Assembly: GCA_013239625.1 (NCBI GenBank)
Contig: MU054220.1
Coordinates: 2,479,374 to 2,543,373 of the forward strand
Direction: 5' to 3'
Length of the DNA: 64,000 nt
Source of the DNA: Lama guanicoe
Taxonomy: Eukaryota
The notes beneath the pieces are model-generated. The model made no database searches. It saw only the letters and a list, made by a program, of their open reading frames with translations, and had not been told where the DNA came from. A program made the position numbers and the translations under genes. Each line of letters opens with the position of its first letter. Position 1 is the stretch's first letter. Positions 61,140 through 64,000 of this stretch are shown piece after piece.

Positions 61140-61985
61140 GCCCGCGTTCATCTTACCTGTAAGACACCTGCTTTCGTAGGTGCATCTGGCTGAACCGCTC
61201 CTCCACCGGGGGTCCAGCGGCCATGCCCCGGGGTGCCTCAAGCCAAGGCTGCGAGACCCCAGCCTCCTCCCCGCGCCTGCAGCGCCGCCGCACCACCTCC
61301 TCCTCCGCTGCCCGGCCGCCGCCAGCCGCGTCCCCGCGGGGCCCGCCGCCGCCCGGCCCCTCGGCCATCCTGCGGCCGCCCTCTACCGCGGCTCTTGCAG
61401 CCTTTCGGGGAGACTTGCTCAAGTTCGGTCTCCCTTCCTCCTGGGCCCGGGGACGCGAGGCAGGGAGGGAGGGAAGCTGCTGCTCGTCCCTCACGACGCC
61501 GGGGCTCAGACGACGGGAGCGGCCAGGTGCCGGGCGCTGCGCCTGGAAAAGGCCGGCTGGGATCTTCCCGCACCCCGGCGTGGGGTCTTTGATGGGTGCC
61601 GGGGTGCCGCGTCGTGAGCGCTGGGGCGCCCCCCGGACGGAGGAAGTGGAGCCCGAGCAGAGCCCGAGCCGGGGCGATGAGCGCGCTCCTGCAGCCGCCG
61701 CCGCTGCCGCGCACCGGAGTGTCACCTTAGAGACACTCGTCAGCCCAAGGGGTCCGGTGAGGAGGGCGCCGCCCCGCCCAGCCAGCCCGGCTCGGGGCAC
61801 CGGAGGAGCGAGTCCGGCCCAGCCCCCGCCGGGCACGAACCCTGCCAGTGATGAACACCCCCCTCGTCCCGCGCTTTCCGGCTTCGGCATTCGCCGCCGC
61901 TGCTGGCAGGTGGGGGGGCGGGGGCGGGGGCGGTGACACGATCTGGCTTTAACCCTGTCGGCGCCACGGGAATTTAGAGACGCAA
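61140..61985. promoter_or_regulatory. DGKZ: CpG island, distal DGKZ promoter
   Basis: CpG-dense; tandem GC boxes GGGGCGGGGGCGGGGGCGG at about 61913-61933. Confidence 0.85.
61157..61368 (-). CDS. DGKZ: DGKZ most distal alternative first coding exon (about 945 aa isoform)
   Basis: MAEGPGGGGPRGDAAGGGRAAEEEVVRRRCRRGEE...QMHLRKQVSY; 212 nt, phase 2, strong donor CAG|GTAAGA; AGGATGG start. Confidence 0.9.
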
Positions 61986-64000
61986 TTAGATTTGGGGAAG
62001 GGTCACAGGAAGGGGAACATACTCTGGGACGCCTTGAATTTGGGGATGGACCCGACTGCCGGTAACACCGTTTCTAGGCCTAGAGCTCTTCTGAATCCTG
62101 CCCAGAGAAGGACCCAGCTGGAGGTGGGTGTGGGTTGGAGAGCTTCCCGACTCTGGAGCCCGGCAGCCTCCTCAAGGCCGGGCTGCCTCCTGTGACCTTC
62201 CCCCACTGAGGTTCCTGGTCCAGGGTCGGGAAAGGGGGCAACCAGCTCCGGAAGGAAAGACTAGAGCTTGAAGTCCATCTTCTTCCCCCTGGAAATCCTA
62301 TGGTTCCCCCTTGCATCATCTTTTGTCATTGGGACGTGCATTACCTGAACCTCACATCTGTATGATGATGAGACCCTGGCTAGCTTCTCAGATCTAACAC
62401 TTCCTATTCACCACCCCAGACTCATCTTTCTAAAGTCGACCTTTGATCATAGCACTTACTCTCAATTTGCAGTATTTAATGGCCCCGCCTTGCCTACCTT
62501 GATCTTCCTACATCCTATCCTCCAATTTCATCCATTTCCTTCCACTCATCTGTGCTCCTTATTCTGGGAATTGGCATCACATCTGTACAGCATTGTTCAT
62601 CTGAAATCTGTTGCTGTACTTCAAATTCTGAGGATCTGCTAAAATACCTGCTCTTCTAGGAAGTCTCGCTGGATGTCTCCAGCTGAGCCATACTCTCCTT
62701 CCTTTCAGACCCCTTTGCCCTCTGCTCCTGGTGTCTAGTTTAGTCTGCTTCATCTTTCCCCACCGACTATGAGCCCAGGAAGGTGGGTGTGACCAGACTC
62801 AACAGAGAAAGAGAATGGGTTACAAAGGGGGACAGCTGTACTACTTAGGCTCCTCCAACTATTATGAGCCCTGCAGTGGCCATCCTGCTCTGTGCCTTTG
62901 CTTAGGTTGTTTCCATGGCTTGGAGTATGTCTCCTTCTCTGAAATCCTGTCCATCGAACAAGGCCATTCTCAAGTGCCACATCCCCCATGAACCCCTCCT
63001 GGCACTCCACTACAGATGCTCTCTCCCTTTTTCAGCCCCATAACTATTTCCTGGGCCCCTCTCCGGGCATTACCCTTCACCTTCAAACAATAAGTAACAT
63101 CTCCTTTGATTCTAACCACAACCCTGGGTGGTAGATACTATCATTTCCTCCATGTTACACATGAGGATGCTGAGATATCATTCAAGTGTGATTGATTTGC
63201 TCAAGATGGCTCAGGTGAGGTGAGTGTGTGGTGAGCCAGGATTTCAACCTAGGTCTTTTGGTCCCAGAATTCATACCCTTCTGTCCACCACACCCTACCT
63301 CCATGCAGCCTCCCACACAGTAACAGCCTCACATTTGCCGGTTTCCCTCATTGGTAAACTCCCAAAAGGCAGCTGCCTCAGCTCTGCCTTCCCCCTCCTG
63401 GTCCAGCAATCCTATCTTGGATGAATGGAATAGATGAAATTGCATTAAACATCTTGGCCACAGGAGAGCTTCCTCCCTAAAGCCAAGTTCTAAGGAAGCC
63501 CAGTTACTGGAGGGGGTAGGGCTGGGCACTTGGGAGCTCCCCCTGCCCCACTTTGCTCTTAGGATTGCCTTTAGGATTGCTAATTTTCCAAACAGCCGGG
63601 CCCAGGGTAGCCACCTATACCAAGAATTATGGTAGTTCTGGCTGGATTTGACATTCCCTCACAGCTGCTTAGCTGCTGGGTTTCCAGGTTGATTTTTTTT
63701 GTTCAGCTCTTTCCTGCAGAGCACTCCCCACTCAATCCTTTTTAAAGTGAAGCTTCTCCCCTCTGTCCTCACACCTCCCCCATGTAGGACCAGCTGCTGA
63801 TAGCGTTATTTTTTAACTGTGGCTCTGGCTGCCCTCTTCCCAAGAATCCAAGGGAAAGATGAATGCTCCCCCTACCACACCAGCCTGACCACCTGCCACA
63901 GCCTCTCCCAGCTGAGCTTGCTCCTCTGAACAAGTCCAGCCCATCCGTCTGTGCTCAGAAAATGATAGCTAATGCCTTTTGAGTGTTTACTGCATAACTG

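Overview
Mammalian genomic DNA, probably a camelid judging by two Vic-1-like tRNA-derived SINEs, covering the conserved AMBRA1-CHRM4-MDK-DGKZ cluster. On the + strand are the last coding exon and 3' UTR of AMBRA1 (stop at 4590) and CHRM4 (CpG-island promoter with an RE1/NRSE, a probable non-coding exon 1, and a single coding exon 14596-16032, 478 aa). On the - strand are MDK (4 coding exons, 143 aa) and DGKZ. DGKZ has 30 shared coding exons (32754 to 21242) and four alternative phase-2 first coding exons at about 33.8, 49.7, 52.0 and 61.4 kb; the canonical form reconstructs to 928/929 aa. The rest is MIR, L2, L1 and hAT-Charlie fossils plus a 14-N gap. I found no prokaryote-type or clearly new biological system; this is a known locus. 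The most interesting sequence-level observations are regulatory: interlocked CHRM4/MDK poly(A) signals, a 17-bp duplication that copies a DGKZ splice donor, stop-creating tandem donors on two DGKZ first exons, two strong-context uORFs before a weak-context DGKZ start, in-frame retainable introns, and a perfect 185-bp intronic duplication. Gene identities come from recognising the translated peptides, exon boundaries were read by eye and checked for frame, and repeat boundaries are approximate.
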